From a virus (Duplodnaviria > Caudoviricetes): a stretch of 55,223 bases of DNA. The stretch covers positions 1-55,223 of the IMG/VR virus record IMGVR_UViG_3300042868_005645, one strand, 5' to 3'. Of this stretch, positions 18,137 through 28,257 are shown piece by piece. The position numbers and the translations under genes are program-made. The notes beneath the pieces are model-generated. The model saw only the letters and a program-made list of their open reading frames with translations. It was not told where the DNA came from and searched no databases. Every line of letters begins with the position of its first letter. Within the stretch, counting starts at the first letter, position 1.

Positions 18137-18348
18137 ACTCAGTAGACATGGCAACGGCTTTAATTAATCGTGCTAAGAACATGCAGGAATTTACAGTGAC
18201 CACCGAAGTGCCTGAAGATTTTAGATTTAACGGTGTGGTACCATTTGATATAAACATTGTTGAAGATGAACTTCAAGCAAAGGTATTTGCTGTAGATTTT
18301 GACGAAGCCGTTGCTCAACTAGATAAATGGTTGGAGACCTGTAGATGA
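18133..18348 (+). CDS. hypothetical protein
   Basis: Coupled ORF. Confidence 0.7.
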   Translation: MNSVDMATALINRAKNMQEFTVTTEVPEDFRFNGVVPFDINIVEDELQAKVFAVDFDEAVAQLDKWLETCR

Positions 18349-18740
18349 ATGCACAACAGCCCGCAGAAGGTATTTTAAAACACAACGATTGGGGCGACTC
18401 AAAAGTTTATCGTATTATCTGCGAATGTGGTGATAGCGGACACGAACACAACATGTGGGTCGAAGCAGATGATCATGATGTATCGGTAACAATCTATACC
18501 ACTACCAAGACTAACTTTTGGTCTAAGACACGATGGTATCATATGTGGACTTTGTTAACCAAAGGCTATATAGATACTGAATCAACTGTGTGTTTGAAGA
18601 GACAAGGTGCGCTTAACTATGCAGAGACGTTGAAGAGTGCTATCGATGATGTCAAAGAATTTAAGACACAACGAAAGAGCATGAACAGTTCTCAAAACAC
18701 AGTTGCCAGCAGAATGGCTAATATGGGTGACTGCGAATGA
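18345..18740 (+). CDS. hypothetical protein
   Basis: Coupled ORF with CxC...H motif. Confidence 0.7.
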   Translation: MNAQQPAEGILKHNDWGDSKVYRIICECGDSGHEHNMWVEADDHDVSVTIYTTTKTNFWSKTRWYHMWTLLTKGYIDTESTVCLKRQGALNYAETLKSAIDDVKEFKTQRKSMNSSQNTVASRMANMGDCE

Positions 18741-19135
18741 ATCTGTTGGAAATAATAGCACCTGGAACATTAAAAGTACTTGGCGCGGCTCCTTACAAAT
18801 GGGATTGTTTTGGACCCAATGCTGTGTATTTTGATGCAGGCACTGAACAACATCAACATCTAGTTAGTGTTATCTTTGATGATGATGACGGTGCTGTATA
18901 TGCCGTGGAAATGTTTCTGCCTGAAGAAAGAAAGGCTTGGAGATGGATTGACGAACGATTCGTTGATTACTTTTTAGAGGCTTGTAGAGACAATAGAGTC
19001 AATCCCCGTGTTGCCTACGACAATGTATCGTTTGAGAACGTTGACTCCACTGAACTATTAACTATGCTTAATAGTCTAACTTCAACTCCTGGTATAGACA
19101 TTGAGGGAGACGAGGAAGAAGATGACCCTGCCTGA
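18737..19135 (+). CDS. hypothetical protein, paralog of 7539..8075
   Basis: Shared motifs (see findings). Confidence 0.7.
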   Translation: MNLLEIIAPGTLKVLGAAPYKWDCFGPNAVYFDAGTEQHQHLVSVIFDDDDGAVYAVEMFLPEERKAWRWIDERFVDYFLEACRDNRVNPRVAYDNVSFENVDSTELLTMLNSLTSTPGIDIEGDEEEDDPA

Positions 19136-19364
19136 CGAACGTTATCGTGCAGTGATGCAGACTCAAAAATTTTTAGTTGAGATTTTGAGTACTCCTAGAG
19201 TACCAAAAGCAATTAAAGATCGTGCTCGTAGTTGTCTGCGACACTATCCCAACGATTGGGATATGAAACAAGCGGCTGAAGGTTCTCCGCATGTGTTTGC
19301 TGAGCAAATGGAAGCAGTTACTAGACTCTTCAAACAATACGAAGAAAATAAGAAATCCCAGTAA
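19122..19364 (+). CDS. hypothetical protein
   Basis: MTLPDERYRAV...LRHYP; GAGG SD. Confidence 0.7.
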   Translation: MTLPDERYRAVMQTQKFLVEILSTPRVPKAIKDRARSCLRHYPNDWDMKQAAEGSPHVFAEQMEAVTRLFKQYEENKKSQ

Positions 19365-19371
19365 AGTTTCC

Positions 19372-19379
19372 TATAAATA
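19372..19379 (+). promoter_or_regulatory. T4-like late promoter
   Basis: TATAAATA 5 nt before ATG 19385. Confidence 0.7.
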
Positions 19380-19384
19380 TTTGC

Positions 19385-20029
19385 ATGGCCAAATATTACG
19401 GAAATATCAACGATGTGTTCAGCACCAAAGAACTTGTAGAAAGTCTTGGCGAAGGACAATATGAACTGTGTTATCTCTACGATGACGCAGGAGAAGTCAA
19501 ACCCGAATTCCTAGAAACAGTTCAACGTGAGAATGTGTTGAACTGGAAACGTGCAGGCTATCCGGATCCAATCTGCAACGGTGTAATACACTGCCCGCAC
19601 TTTGACTTTGATGCCAAGTTCCTCTACGCAATCAACAAGTACCTAAACATCATATCTGATCGTTGTGCTATCAGTGTGACCAAGCCTGGGCAGGTTATTG
19701 CTCCACATACTGATGTAGATGGTAGGGAAGAAGAACTGCGCAAGTTTGGTGAACTCAAAGGGTTTCACATACACTTAGGCGCACCTGTGCCGGGGCATGT
19801 GTTTATGATCGAAGACCAAAGTTACTATCTACAACAAGATGGAGCAACCTACGAATGGGATAATTGGATGAGTCCACATTCGGGAGCCAATGCAGGACTT
19901 GAGACTAGATACATTATAGCCATAAGGGGAATTCGTCCTTATGAGCCACTAGAATATGAGTATGTATTCGACGAAGGCAATCCTGAATACTTACAATTCA
20001 AATTAAAAGACGGAAGGGTAATACCATGA
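19385..20029 (+). CDS. 2OG-Fe(II)/cupin-type oxygenase-like protein
   Basis: PGQVIAPHTD (HxD) and distal HSGAN...R. Confidence 0.65.
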   Translation: MAKYYGNINDVFSTKELVESLGEGQYELCYLYDDAGEVKPEFLETVQRENVLNWKRAGYPDPICNGVIHCPHFDFDAKFLYAINKYLNIISDRCAISVTKPGQVIAPHTDVDGREEELRKFGELKGFHIHLGAPVPGHVFMIEDQSYYLQQDGATYEWDNWMSPHSGANAGLETRYIIAIRGIRPYEPLEYEYVFDEGNPEYLQFKLKDGRVIP

Positions 20030-20445
20030 AAAAGTTTTTCTGGAAAATATTAGGCTTTATTAGTTTAGGTATGGCATACATCGGAGTCATTACTCCGGGC
20101 ATACCATACAGTCCATTTGTTGTGTTTGCCGCTTATTGTTTTGCCAAAGGCAGTCCCAAGATGCATGCCTGGTTGTACAATCACAAGTTGTTCGGCCCGT
20201 TCTTAACCAACTGGGGTGAGAAGCGTGTGTTTCCATTAAAGATGAAATACTTCATGCTAGGTATGATGTCCTTGAGTTTGGTGTTGATGTACACCAGCGG
20301 AGTCAAACCAATTGGCGTAATTAGTACAGCCGTCTTTATGGCATTGGTTGCCGTGTGGGCTTGGCGTTATCCTAGTTCAGTGGAAGAGCACGACAGCCGT
20401 AAAGGCCAAGGCAAGAAGATTGGTTGGTTCAACGACTATCTTTAA
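20026..20445 (+). CDS. ybaN: YbaN (DUF454) family inner-membrane protein
   Basis: [12 protein letters not shown]...[23 protein letters not shown]. Confidence 0.85.
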   Translation: MKKFFWKILGFISLGMAYIGVITPGIPYSPFVVFAAYCFAKGSPKMHAWLYNHKLFGPFLTNWGEKRVFPLKMKYFMLGMMSLSLVLMYTSGVKPIGVISTAVFMALVAVWAWRYPSSVEEHDSRKGQGKKIGWFNDYL

Positions 20446-21631
20446 AGATAGTTTTTAGTGCGCCAACTAGGTCTTCAATCATTCCATCATCGTGGAACGG
20501 AGTAGGTGCAAGACGCAAACGTTCTGTTCCTACTGCAACTGTTGGACTATTGATAGGCTGACAATAGATATTAAACTCATTGAGCAGTCTATCACTCATA
20601 GCCTTGCAAAGTTTAGCCTCTCCTACTAGCACAGGAACAATGTGAGTTGTTGAACAGTTCATTACAGGAAGGTCAGCACGTTTTAATTCGTCTTTGAGTT
20701 TCGTAGCCTGACGTTGATGTTGCTCACGTATCTCATTATGCTCACGTAAATATCTAACTGCGGCCAATGCGCCAGCACAGGTCACAGGGCTCATCGATGT
20801 TGTAAAGATAAAGCCAGCAGCCACACTTCTAATTGCATCACGAACTACAGCATCACAGGCAATGTAACCTCCCTGCACTCCAAACGCTTTTCCCAAGGTT
20901 CCGTTAACTATGTCAACTCGATCCTGTAGTCCTAGTTCTTGTAATTTGCCTGCACCTTCATCACCGTACAGGCCTACAGCATGTACTTCATCAATGTAGG
21001 TAATAGCATGATATCTATCTGCTAGATCACAAATTGCCTCTATAGGGCTGATGTCGCCATCCATGCTGTATACGCTTTCGAATACAATACATGGTGTTTT
21101 GTTATTGAGTCTACTGTTGGCTAATTTGTTTTCCAAGTCTGCTAGATTGTTATGCTCAAACACTTGTTTAGGAGCACGACTGTGTTGAATACCCACAATT
21201 AAACTGTTGTGATTTTCACTGTCAGATATAAATTCTATGTTGTCTATGATTTTAGATAATGCTATCAATGTCCATTCGTTGGCCACGTAAGCACTGCTGA
21301 ATAATAGTGCGCCTGTCTTATTGTGTAGACTGGCAAGTTCACGCTCCAAGGCCACATGGTATTGACTCGTGCCGCCAATGTTGCGTGTGCCACCCGATCC
21401 TGATCCTGTGTGGTCGAGTGCGGTGTGCATGGCATCTAGTACAATTTTGTGTTGTCCCATACCCAAGTAATCATTACTGCACCAGTTTACTATGTTTTTA
21501 ATATTGTAAGGTCCGTACCATAAAGCAGTAGGAAACTTGCCTGCTTCGCGTACTACATCATTGAAAACACGGTATTTTCCAGTGTCTTTGAATTCTTGTA
21601 TAAGTTTTTTAAAGGGTTCTTTGTTTATCAT
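20429..21631 (-). CDS. hemA: 5-aminolevulinate synthase (Shemin/C4 pathway)
   Basis: [40 protein letters not shown] and GTLGKAFG (PLP lysine). Confidence 0.93.
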   Translation of the reverse strand: MINKEPFKKLIQEFKDTGKYRVFNDVVREAGKFPTALWYGPYNIKNIVNWCSNDYLGMGQHKIVLDAMHTALDHTGSGSGGTRNIGGTSQYHVALERELASLHNKTGALLFSSAYVANEWTLIALSKIIDNIEFISDSENHNSLIVGIQHSRAPKQVFEHNNLADLENKLANSRLNNKTPCIVFESVYSMDGDISPIEAICDLADRYHAITYIDEVHAVGLYGDEGAGKLQELGLQDRVDIVNGTLGKAFGVQGGYIACDAVVRDAIRSVAAGFIFTTSMSPVTCAGALAAVRYLREHNEIREQHQRQATKLKDELKRADLPVMNCSTTHIVPVLVGEAKLCKAMSDRLLNEFNIYCQPINSPTVAVGTERLRLAPTPFHDDGMIEDLVGALKTIFKDSR

Positions 21632-21638
21632 AGTCTAC

Positions 21639-21654
21639 TATTTATAGCATAAAT
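21639..21654. promoter_or_regulatory. divergent late-promoter pair
   Basis: TATAAATA on the minus strand (21639-21646) toward hemA, with TAAATA on the plus strand just after it. Confidence 0.65.
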
Positions 21655-21690
21655 ATTTGTAGACCAATCTAACCAGAGCCCGGAGTTAAA

Positions 21691-22014
21691 ATGAAAATTA
21701 ATCAACTGATAGAAATGCCAATCGCAACCGGTGAGGAGCCTAATAATCCCACAATCTACGGTCACGAAAAAGCCAATACTATGAGTCTTAAAGGCCGCAT
21801 ACAGCAGGCCCGAGCACAGTTAAAAGAACTTGCAGAACTATCAGATAGCAACGAATTGGTAGTATGGGAACGTATCACACAGTTACACAAAGGCGGTATG
21901 TTCATGGGCCTGGCACAAAATTTAGAGCAGATACGACACGGTATCGATGAACTTGCCGCTAAACGTAAACGTGGTGGCGTTGCTAGTCGTGGTATTGATA
22001 AGAACATTGGCTAA
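21691..22014 (+). CDS. hypothetical protein, possibly virion-internal
   Basis: GGAG SD; MKINQLIE N-terminus. Confidence 0.7.
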   Translation: MKINQLIEMPIATGEEPNNPTIYGHEKANTMSLKGRIQQARAQLKELAELSDSNELVVWERITQLHKGGMFMGLAQNLEQIRHGIDELAAKRKRGGVASRGIDKNIG

Positions 22015-22029
22015 CCCTGGATATAAAAT

Positions 22030-22350
22030 ATGAAAATAAGTGAACTATTACGTGGACTGGCAGATCTCATTGATCGTGAATCAGGACCTACTATGAGCGT
22101 TCAAGTAACGCAACAGTCAGAGCCTTATGCTCCAGAAACACAAACTGCTGATGATCTAGCACGTATGAAAGTTTTAAGCGGCTTGGTCAGTGATGCTCCT
22201 AGAGAACATGCCAACGAGCCACAGCCAATGGTCAGTGATATAGAGAATGTTCTACACAACGGCACAGACTTAATGAAAAGTAAGAACCCAGCAGATATTC
22301 GTACAAATGCTCCTAGCATGTACCCTGCGGCACAATGGCGAGGTGAATAA
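22030..22350 (+). CDS. hypothetical protein, possibly virion-internal
   Basis: MKISELL N-terminus. Confidence 0.7.
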   Translation: MKISELLRGLADLIDRESGPTMSVQVTQQSEPYAPETQTADDLARMKVLSGLVSDAPREHANEPQPMVSDIENVLHNGTDLMKSKNPADIRTNAPSMYPAAQWRGE

Positions 22351-22352
22351 TT

Positions 22353-23009
22353 ATGTCACTAAATGGTATTGCACAACTGCCTACTAGAGAAGAACGTCAA
22401 GCAGCCAAGTTAGCATTGGCAGCGGCCAAGAGAGCCGCCGATGGCAACGCTAGAGCAACATTAGATCTTACATTATTGCCAACGCAATTCGATGGCAACG
22501 CCACAATAGATAATCCAAACATTGGAGGACTTGTACAAGGTCGCCCGTGGATCAACACTGTTGCTGATTTTACATTCTTTGAAGCCTTTGGAACAACCAC
22601 AGCAATATCAACAACACGATATGTACTTGGTAACAAAATCTACGCAGAGTCATCAACTTATGATGTTCCTAGTTACCAACCTGCTCGTGTAGTATCTAAC
22701 GATGTCCAAGTTGTTAACACTGAACTACGTGGACACACCCTAGTAGTGTTAGATCCACTCGGTGATGTCGTCACAGCAGCCACACAATACGATACCTGGG
22801 ACGTTGTTGGCTCTCCAGGTGCTCGCGCCGCCCTAGCAAGTGCATTAAACGCTGTGGCAACTGGAAACATTATAGTGTTAGTAGTATATGATGCATCGGG
22901 ACTAGATGCTGGTATACGGTCAGCAATCAATACGGGCTACGGTTCAACTAATACTAACACTTGGGAATCACAAAGACAAAGCCATATCTTTATAGGCGTG
23001 AAGATTTAA
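22353..23009 (+). CDS. putative virion protein with C-terminal ILEI/PANDER-like domain
   Basis: RGHTLVVLD...YDTW...LNAVATGNIIVLVVYDA...SHIFIGVK pattern. Confidence 0.55.
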   Translation: MSLNGIAQLPTREERQAAKLALAAAKRAADGNARATLDLTLLPTQFDGNATIDNPNIGGLVQGRPWINTVADFTFFEAFGTTTAISTTRYVLGNKIYAESSTYDVPSYQPARVVSNDVQVVNTELRGHTLVVLDPLGDVVTAATQYDTWDVVGSPGARAALASALNAVATGNIIVLVVYDASGLDAGIRSAINTGYGSTNTNTWESQRQSHIFIGVKI

Positions 23010-23010
23010 T

Positions 23011-24627
23011 ATGGGTGTAAGAAATCCTAACTCAACTGTTTACGAACATCCTGACGAGCCTAACCTTTTAAACGTTCATAAGGCTATGGATTACCTACCT
23101 AACGGTGATCCGGCATTACGAGTCTTATCCAACATACAAGGTGACATCACGATCACAGGTGATGTTACCATTCCCGGAACTGTAACAGTTACTAGTACTC
23201 CTGAAGATCCTATACACACTCACGTTACAGAAGTAGGTACTAGCGGTATACTTGATGTTCCTTATATGCCTATAGGTGGCACTGTAACAGTAAATCAACC
23301 TGTGGCGGTAACAGATAACAACGGTAGTCTAACAGTAGATGGAACTGTCAACATTGGCACAATGCCAGAAGTAGAGATTAAAAACGATGCAGGCAATCCT
23401 ATTCCTATTAGTGGTAATGTAAATGCTACTCTAACTGGCACCAGTGCTGTAACTTTAGGGGCAGCGGCCACTGATGCGTTTGGTAGACTGCGTGTAAGCA
23501 ATCCCTATACACTGTTTGATGGCGGTCTGCGTTACTTTGACAACACATACAAGTGGGACCAAGTGGACAGTGGCTCCGTTAGTTCTTCTTTCTTACCTAA
23601 TGAAAGTTCCATACTGATGAACGCTACAGGAGCAGGTTCAGCCATTCGTCAGACTAAACAGGTATTTTCTTACCAGCCTGGTAAGAGTCTATTGGTTCTG
23701 TTGACCTTTGTTATGAACACCCCTACCGCGGGCGTTACACAACGAGCAGGCTATTTTGGAGCAGAGAATGGTGTTTACTTTGAAGTGGCTGGTACTACAA
23801 AAAATCTAGTTATTAGAAAATACACTTCTGGTTCTGTAGATGATACAACAGAAAAATTTGCCCAGGCTTCATGGAATGGTGATAAATTAGATGGGACTGG
23901 AGCCAGCGGAATAACATTAGATGTAACCAAATCACAAATCTTCTGGACAGACATAGAATGGTTAGGTGTAGGAACAGTACGCTGTGGATTTGTGATTAAC
24001 GGCCAGTTCATTGTTTGTCACAGTTTTCACCATGCCAACATATTAAACAAGGTCTACATGACCAGTGCTACATTACCCTTGCGATATGAACTAATCAGCA
24101 CTGGACCCGCAGCCTCCATGCGAGCAATCTGTAGTACAGTTATGTCAGAAGGTGGGCATAGTAATCGCAGTTTTACCCGTGCTATAGGAACAGCCCTAAC
24201 TGGCAAAGACCTCAGCAATACAGTTTATAGACCATTAGTCTGTTTACGCATGAAGTCAACAGCCTTAGACTCTATTGTGATTCCTACAGCATTTGATGTG
24301 TATGGACTACAACAAGCAGCCTTTGCCTATCGTGTTATTCTCAACCCCACACTGACTAATGCTGACTGGACCAGTGCTGACACAGACAGCACAGTGGAGT
24401 ACGACCTATCTGCTACAGCATTATCGGGCGGCAAAGTAATAACACAAGGTATATTTGTAGGATCTAACAAGGGCGGATCTGCTATGGTCACCAGCAATGA
24501 AATAGACTTTAGCCAACAGTTGGGCAGAACTATAGCGGGTGTGTCAGACATATGGTGCTTGGCGGCAATAGCCACTACTAACAACGATGATGCTGTGGGT
24601 ATTGTAAACTGGCAGGAACATAATTAA
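23011..24627 (+). CDS. putative virion structural protein
   Basis: T/V/G-rich repeats followed by a beta-rich domain (DAFGRLRVSNP...YQPGKS). Confidence 0.6.
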   Translation: MGVRNPNSTVYEHPDEPNLLNVHKAMDYLPNGDPALRVLSNIQGDITITGDVTIPGTVTVTSTPEDPIHTHVTEVGTSGILDVPYMPIGGTVTVNQPVAVTDNNGSLTVDGTVNIGTMPEVEIKNDAGNPIPISGNVNATLTGTSAVTLGAAATDAFGRLRVSNPYTLFDGGLRYFDNTYKWDQVDSGSVSSSFLPNESSILMNATGAGSAIRQTKQVFSYQPGKSLLVLLTFVMNTPTAGVTQRAGYFGAENGVYFEVAGTTKNLVIRKYTSGSVDDTTEKFAQASWNGDKLDGTGASGITLDVTKSQIFWTDIEWLGVGTVRCGFVINGQFIVCHSFHHANILNKVYMTSATLPLRYELISTGPAASMRAICSTVMSEGGHSNRSFTRAIGTALTGKDLSNTVYRPLVCLRMKSTALDSIVIPTAFDVYGLQQAAFAYRVILNPTLTNADWTSADTDSTVEYDLSATALSGGKVITQGIFVGSNKGGSAMVTSNEIDFSQQLGRTIAGVSDIWCLAAIATTNNDDAVGIVNWQEHN

Positions 24628-25043
24628 TGTATAGAAAATATATCAACATAGTAGAAGCAGCCAACAAGGGCTGTCCCATTGCCACACACGACATCGATGT
24701 CAACTTGAAGAATCGTCAGAAGGCCATAGACGAATATCACTACGGTCCATTAAATCCTAGCGAACCCAATGATGCATACTGGCAACAGTTAGCAGACAAG
24801 TGGAACACTGATGATATCGAATCAGTTAAAAACAGTCGTTGCGGAAATTGCGCGGCATTTGATATTACAGAAAAAATGCAAGATTGTATTGCTCAAGGCA
24901 TTGGTAGTGAACCTGGTAGTGATGCCAGCGATACAGTGGATGCAGGATATTTAGGCTACTGCAAGTTTTTGAAGTTCAAATGTGCTTCAAAGAGAACTTG
25001 CGATGCATGGGTCGAAGGTGGCCCAATATCTGACAATAAATAA
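24627..25043 (+). CDS. Cys-containing hypothetical protein
   Basis: CGNCAAF...C...C...CDAW. Confidence 0.7.
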   Translation: MYRKYINIVEAANKGCPIATHDIDVNLKNRQKAIDEYHYGPLNPSEPNDAYWQQLADKWNTDDIESVKNSRCGNCAAFDITEKMQDCIAQGIGSEPGSDASDTVDAGYLGYCKFLKFKCASKRTCDAWVEGGPISDNK

Positions 25044-25068
25044 ACTACACAGATTAAAAGGATCTTAA

Positions 25069-25509
25069 ATGAAAAAGTTTTTATTAGTATTATTAGCAGT
25101 GCCCGTGTTGGCATTTGCACAAGGCAAGATGCCAAAGAATTCAGCAACATACGATGCACAAGTTATTAGAGTGAGTGATGGCGATACTATTGTAATCGCC
25201 GCCCCCTTTCTACCAGCACCCCTCAAACCAGAATTGGCTGTTAGAATCTTTGGAGTCGACACACCAGAAAAAGGACACCGTGCTCAATGTCCACAAGAAG
25301 ACCAGCGAGCGCAATTGGCGAGTAAATTTACAACTCAAGCCTTACAGTCCCACCCGAAGCACCAAGTTATTATCTATGGATGGGATAAGTTTGGTGGCCG
25401 TATATTGGGAGACATCTTGGTAAACGGACAGAGCATTCGTCAAGGACTTATCAGCAATGGACTGGCCCGTGAATACTACGGCGAAGCAAAGCAGAGTTGG
25501 TGCAACTGA
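25069..25509 (+). CDS. secreted thermonuclease (SNase-like)
   Basis: Signal peptide; DGDT, RIFGVDTPE and DKFGGRILG motifs. Confidence 0.88.
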   Translation: MKKFLLVLLAVPVLAFAQGKMPKNSATYDAQVIRVSDGDTIVIAAPFLPAPLKPELAVRIFGVDTPEKGHRAQCPQEDQRAQLASKFTTQALQSHPKHQVIIYGWDKFGGRILGDILVNGQSIRQGLISNGLAREYYGEAKQSWCN

Positions 25510-25528
25510 TCACACTGCATCACCAATA

Positions 25529-25559
25529 AAAAAGCACCCCGAAGGGTGCTTTTTCTTTT
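25529..25559. terminator. bidirectional intrinsic terminator
   Basis: AAAAAGCACCC-cgaa-GGGTGCTTTTT between convergent genes. Confidence 0.85.
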
Positions 25560-25585
25560 CTCTAAATGGCTATGCCAGTATATTA

Positions 25586-25861
25586 TTATTTTTTAGTAGT
25601 TTGATTGCTTTGATTAACAAAACTATACATTTTTTCAGCAGTTTCTAAAACTTTATCAAGTCCTGGAAATTGTGGCATTGTAACTGTGCTAACGATTTGT
25701 CCAGTCTTTTCGTCACGTTGGGCAGTCATTTCCCAACCTGCAAATTTAGATTGAAAGTCGTCTTGTACTAGGCTTTTAGCCATGCCCAAAATGTCTGTGC
25801 GGATTTCATATCCGTTCTTGTTGAATTTTACTTCTGGTAGTTTTGGTGTTTCGAATGACAT
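25586..25861 (-). CDS. hypothetical protein
   Basis: AAGGAG SD; own promoter TTGCTT-17-TATAAT (25918-25946, minus strand). Confidence 0.8.
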   Translation of the reverse strand: MSFETPKLPEVKFNKNGYEIRTDILGMAKSLVQDDFQSKFAGWEMTAQRDEKTGQIVSTVTMPQFPGLDKVLETAEKMYSFVNQSNQTTKK

Positions 25862-25946
25862 AATAATCTCCTTGTGTGTGTATGTCTTACATAGGTACTT
25901 CCTTTTCCCTATGCACTATTATATATGCTTTACAATAAAAAAGCAA

Positions 25947-26522
25947 CTATTTTTTGATTCTTTTTACTCGTTCTTTAATTATTTCTAATACTTGATTGCT
26001 GAGTACCACTTCATAATGATTGTACTCTACATCAACTAGTTCCATGTCACTGTGATGACGCTGACTGGCAATTGTGACCACTCCGTCGTTGTGTTCTAAT
26101 AAGAAAGGACTTTGACCTTTTACAGTGACAATATTGGTCCAAGGGTGTTGAATCTTAATTCGATCTGCTTGTTTCATCACCCACGAACTAGGTCCTATGT
26201 CACGCATGAGTCTGCTAAAGGGTAGGAAGAACTGGGCATAATCTGCCGCAGCCGCTCCACCATATGGTGTACTCAATGTAACTGCACCTAGTATTTGGTT
26301 GGGTATAGCATTGGCAATGTGCAGTGCGTATATGCCACCCAAACTGTGTGCTACAAATACAATGTCTTTGACTGCGGACAACTTGGACAACATGTCTTTT
26401 AGATTGTTTTCAAATCCGTTACGACTATCGTAGTCAATGTCTATGCCTGTTCCCAGTTCGTTTCTAATATAATTAAAACTTTCGCTGGTTGCATTGGCAC
26501 CGTGTATATAAACCAAAGTCAT
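25947..26522 (-). CDS. alpha/beta hydrolase
   Basis: YIHGA, AHSLGG nucleophile, NDGVV and NH motifs. Confidence 0.85.
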   Translation of the reverse strand: MTLVYIHGANATSESFNYIRNELGTGIDIDYDSRNGFENNLKDMLSKLSAVKDIVFVAHSLGGIYALHIANAIPNQILGAVTLSTPYGGAAAADYAQFFLPFSRLMRDIGPSSWVMKQADRIKIQHPWTNIVTVKGQSPFLLEHNDGVVTIASQRHHSDMELVDVEYNHYEVVLSNQVLEIIKERVKRIKK

Positions 26523-26542
26523 CCACAAACCCTTTCTACATA

Positions 26543-26665
26543 TTACTTGCTTAACATCAATGTCTTGGCCTCGTCGTACATTCCGGCCCTAGCCAACGCG
26601 GCTGCGGCACGAGCCTGTCCAATGCTGATGCATATATTATATAGCGAATTTAATATTGATTTCAT
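26543..26665 (-). CDS. small protein (40 aa)
   Basis: MKSILNSLYNICISIGQARAAAALAR...; ATGA-coupled to the upstream gene. Confidence 0.5.
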   Translation of the reverse strand: MKSILNSLYNICISIGQARAAAALARAGMYDEAKTLMLSK

Positions 26666-26838
26666 AGATAAGTTTCCTTTTGAGAAGTGAATTGTTGGAT
26701 GTAGTTTTCCAACTGTGCGGCATCGGTAATGCCTTTGGTGCTTAGATACTGATCTAAGCGAGTTTGATACGTGTCATCGGGGAACATTTCTGCTAGTCGT
26801 TCCATCAAAGACAACATGGTCTGCGATAATGTTTTCAT
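26662..26838 (-). CDS. small protein, DUF3563-like
   Basis: GAGGA SD; RLDQYLS...TDAAQLE pattern. Confidence 0.55.
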   Translation of the reverse strand: MKTLSQTMLSLMERLAEMFPDDTYQTRLDQYLSTKGITDAAQLENYIQQFTSQKETYL

Positions 26839-26986
26839 TTGGTATTCCTCTGTAAGTGTGTGTAGTAACTCATGGTTTCTACTGATATATTTATCTGCCC
26901 AGCGCGGCACTGCACAATATCTATCACTTGACTTTTTAAAATAAAAATGTATAATCAGTTAAATACTACATCAGTTAGAAGGTTAT

Positions 26987-27268
26987 ATGAAAAAACGTAC
27001 ACGTTCCATACTAGAAGAACTCAGCAGTTTAGGCCATAGCCGAAATACTGAATTGCTGATTGAAAATCGCGGTCAAAACATCATTGAAAGCGCAGTAAAT
27101 TTACTATCTCTAGTTAGGAAGAATTTCAACGAAGACGAAGCCGGTGAATTAGAGCGCCGTTTTTTAAATGCCATACGCACCGGAGACCCACGCAAGTTCA
27201 AACGTGGTGTACACAAGATCCAAGAGGCTCGCAGAGCAGCCAAAGAACCTCCAGAAACTGACCTATAA
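26987..27268 (+). CDS. hypothetical protein
   Basis: 93 aa; promoter motifs upstream. Confidence 0.75.
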   Translation: MKKRTRSILEELSSLGHSRNTELLIENRGQNIIESAVNLLSLVRKNFNEDEAGELERRFLNAIRTGDPRKFKRGVHKIQEARRAAKEPPETDL

Positions 27269-27348
27269 CTCACATTTTTTTCTCGTTTGGCTAAATAAAA
27301 GTACAAGTCCTACAGAGTAGTAGGCAAAGCCTAAGAGGAGAAAATATC

Positions 27349-27681
27349 ATGGCATCAGTAACAAAAGTAAACGGTGTAAATGTAGTTGAAAGTAACGGTC
27401 TAGGCCCACGCACACGCATTCTTTCACTATCAAAAACAGCAATCACAACCACAGCCATTGCAGATCTTAACGCAGTAGTACTTGCGTTAGCAACAGGCGG
27501 AGTAGCAGGCACAAACGATGCAGTAACAATCGCAGGTGTTGATCTAACAAGTTCAGGCGTTGCTCATGTTGCAGTACAAGGCACAGGCGCTCTAACAGCA
27601 GCCGCAGATTATCTTGGTGTAACAGGTGTTACAATGGCAGTAGTGGCTGACTTTGATCAGCGTGTAATTCCAGCAGTATAA
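27349..27681 (+). CDS. putative virion structural protein
   Basis: A/V/T/G-rich; strong GAGGAG SD; TAAATA upstream and terminator downstream. Confidence 0.65.
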   Translation: MASVTKVNGVNVVESNGLGPRTRILSLSKTAITTTAIADLNAVVLALATGGVAGTNDAVTIAGVDLTSSGVAHVAVQGTGALTAAADYLGVTGVTMAVVADFDQRVIPAV

Positions 27682-27707
27682 TCGACTTACCCCGGGATGG
27701 GAAGACT

Positions 27708-27734
27708 AAGCCTACTTTCATAGTAGGCTTTTTT
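27708..27734 (+). terminator. intrinsic terminator
   Basis: AAGCCTACT-ttcat-AGTAGGCTT followed by a T tract. Confidence 0.85.
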
Positions 27735-27753
27735 ACGGCTGTTAAATATACCT

Positions 27754-28170
27754 ATGCAACGGTTTACGATACAGACATTAGTAGATATTACAGAAACAAA
27801 ACAATATCGACACCAACCCGGCGAGGAGTTGGCCAAACACCAGCAACAAAATTTTGTTACGTTGTTACAGACCATAGGGCTTAGGGCTAACCCTATTTTT
27901 TCAAAAGGTCCTACAATAACTAAAAAAGATCTAAACGCCTGTAACTTTGGCAAAAACTATTCAGGTGTACATGCTGTATGGACATTTGTATTTGACATAG
28001 AATATGAAGGTGCATTCACTGATGGCAACAGTGATCATGCATTGTTGACCAACGACCTACGTTTTGTTCCAATCATTACTGGACTAAACGAAACAATCGA
28101 CGTTGACCTTGCAGTGTTTGATACTTCGAACCCAGACACTTGCAACACAGTGGTGTCTACCGGTAGTTGA
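27754..28170 (+). CDS. hypothetical protein (late)
   Basis: TAAATA-N5-ATG. Confidence 0.75.
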   Translation: MQRFTIQTLVDITETKQYRHQPGEELAKHQQQNFVTLLQTIGLRANPIFSKGPTITKKDLNACNFGKNYSGVHAVWTFVFDIEYEGAFTDGNSDHALLTNDLRFVPIITGLNETIDVDLAVFDTSNPDTCNTVVSTGS

Positions 28171-28257
28171 TAAATAAACTTATATATTAGGCACCCACAA
28201 CTTAGGCACATGGCTCGGAGCGAGCACCTGACTTAACATACAAGGAAAACAGCCTAA

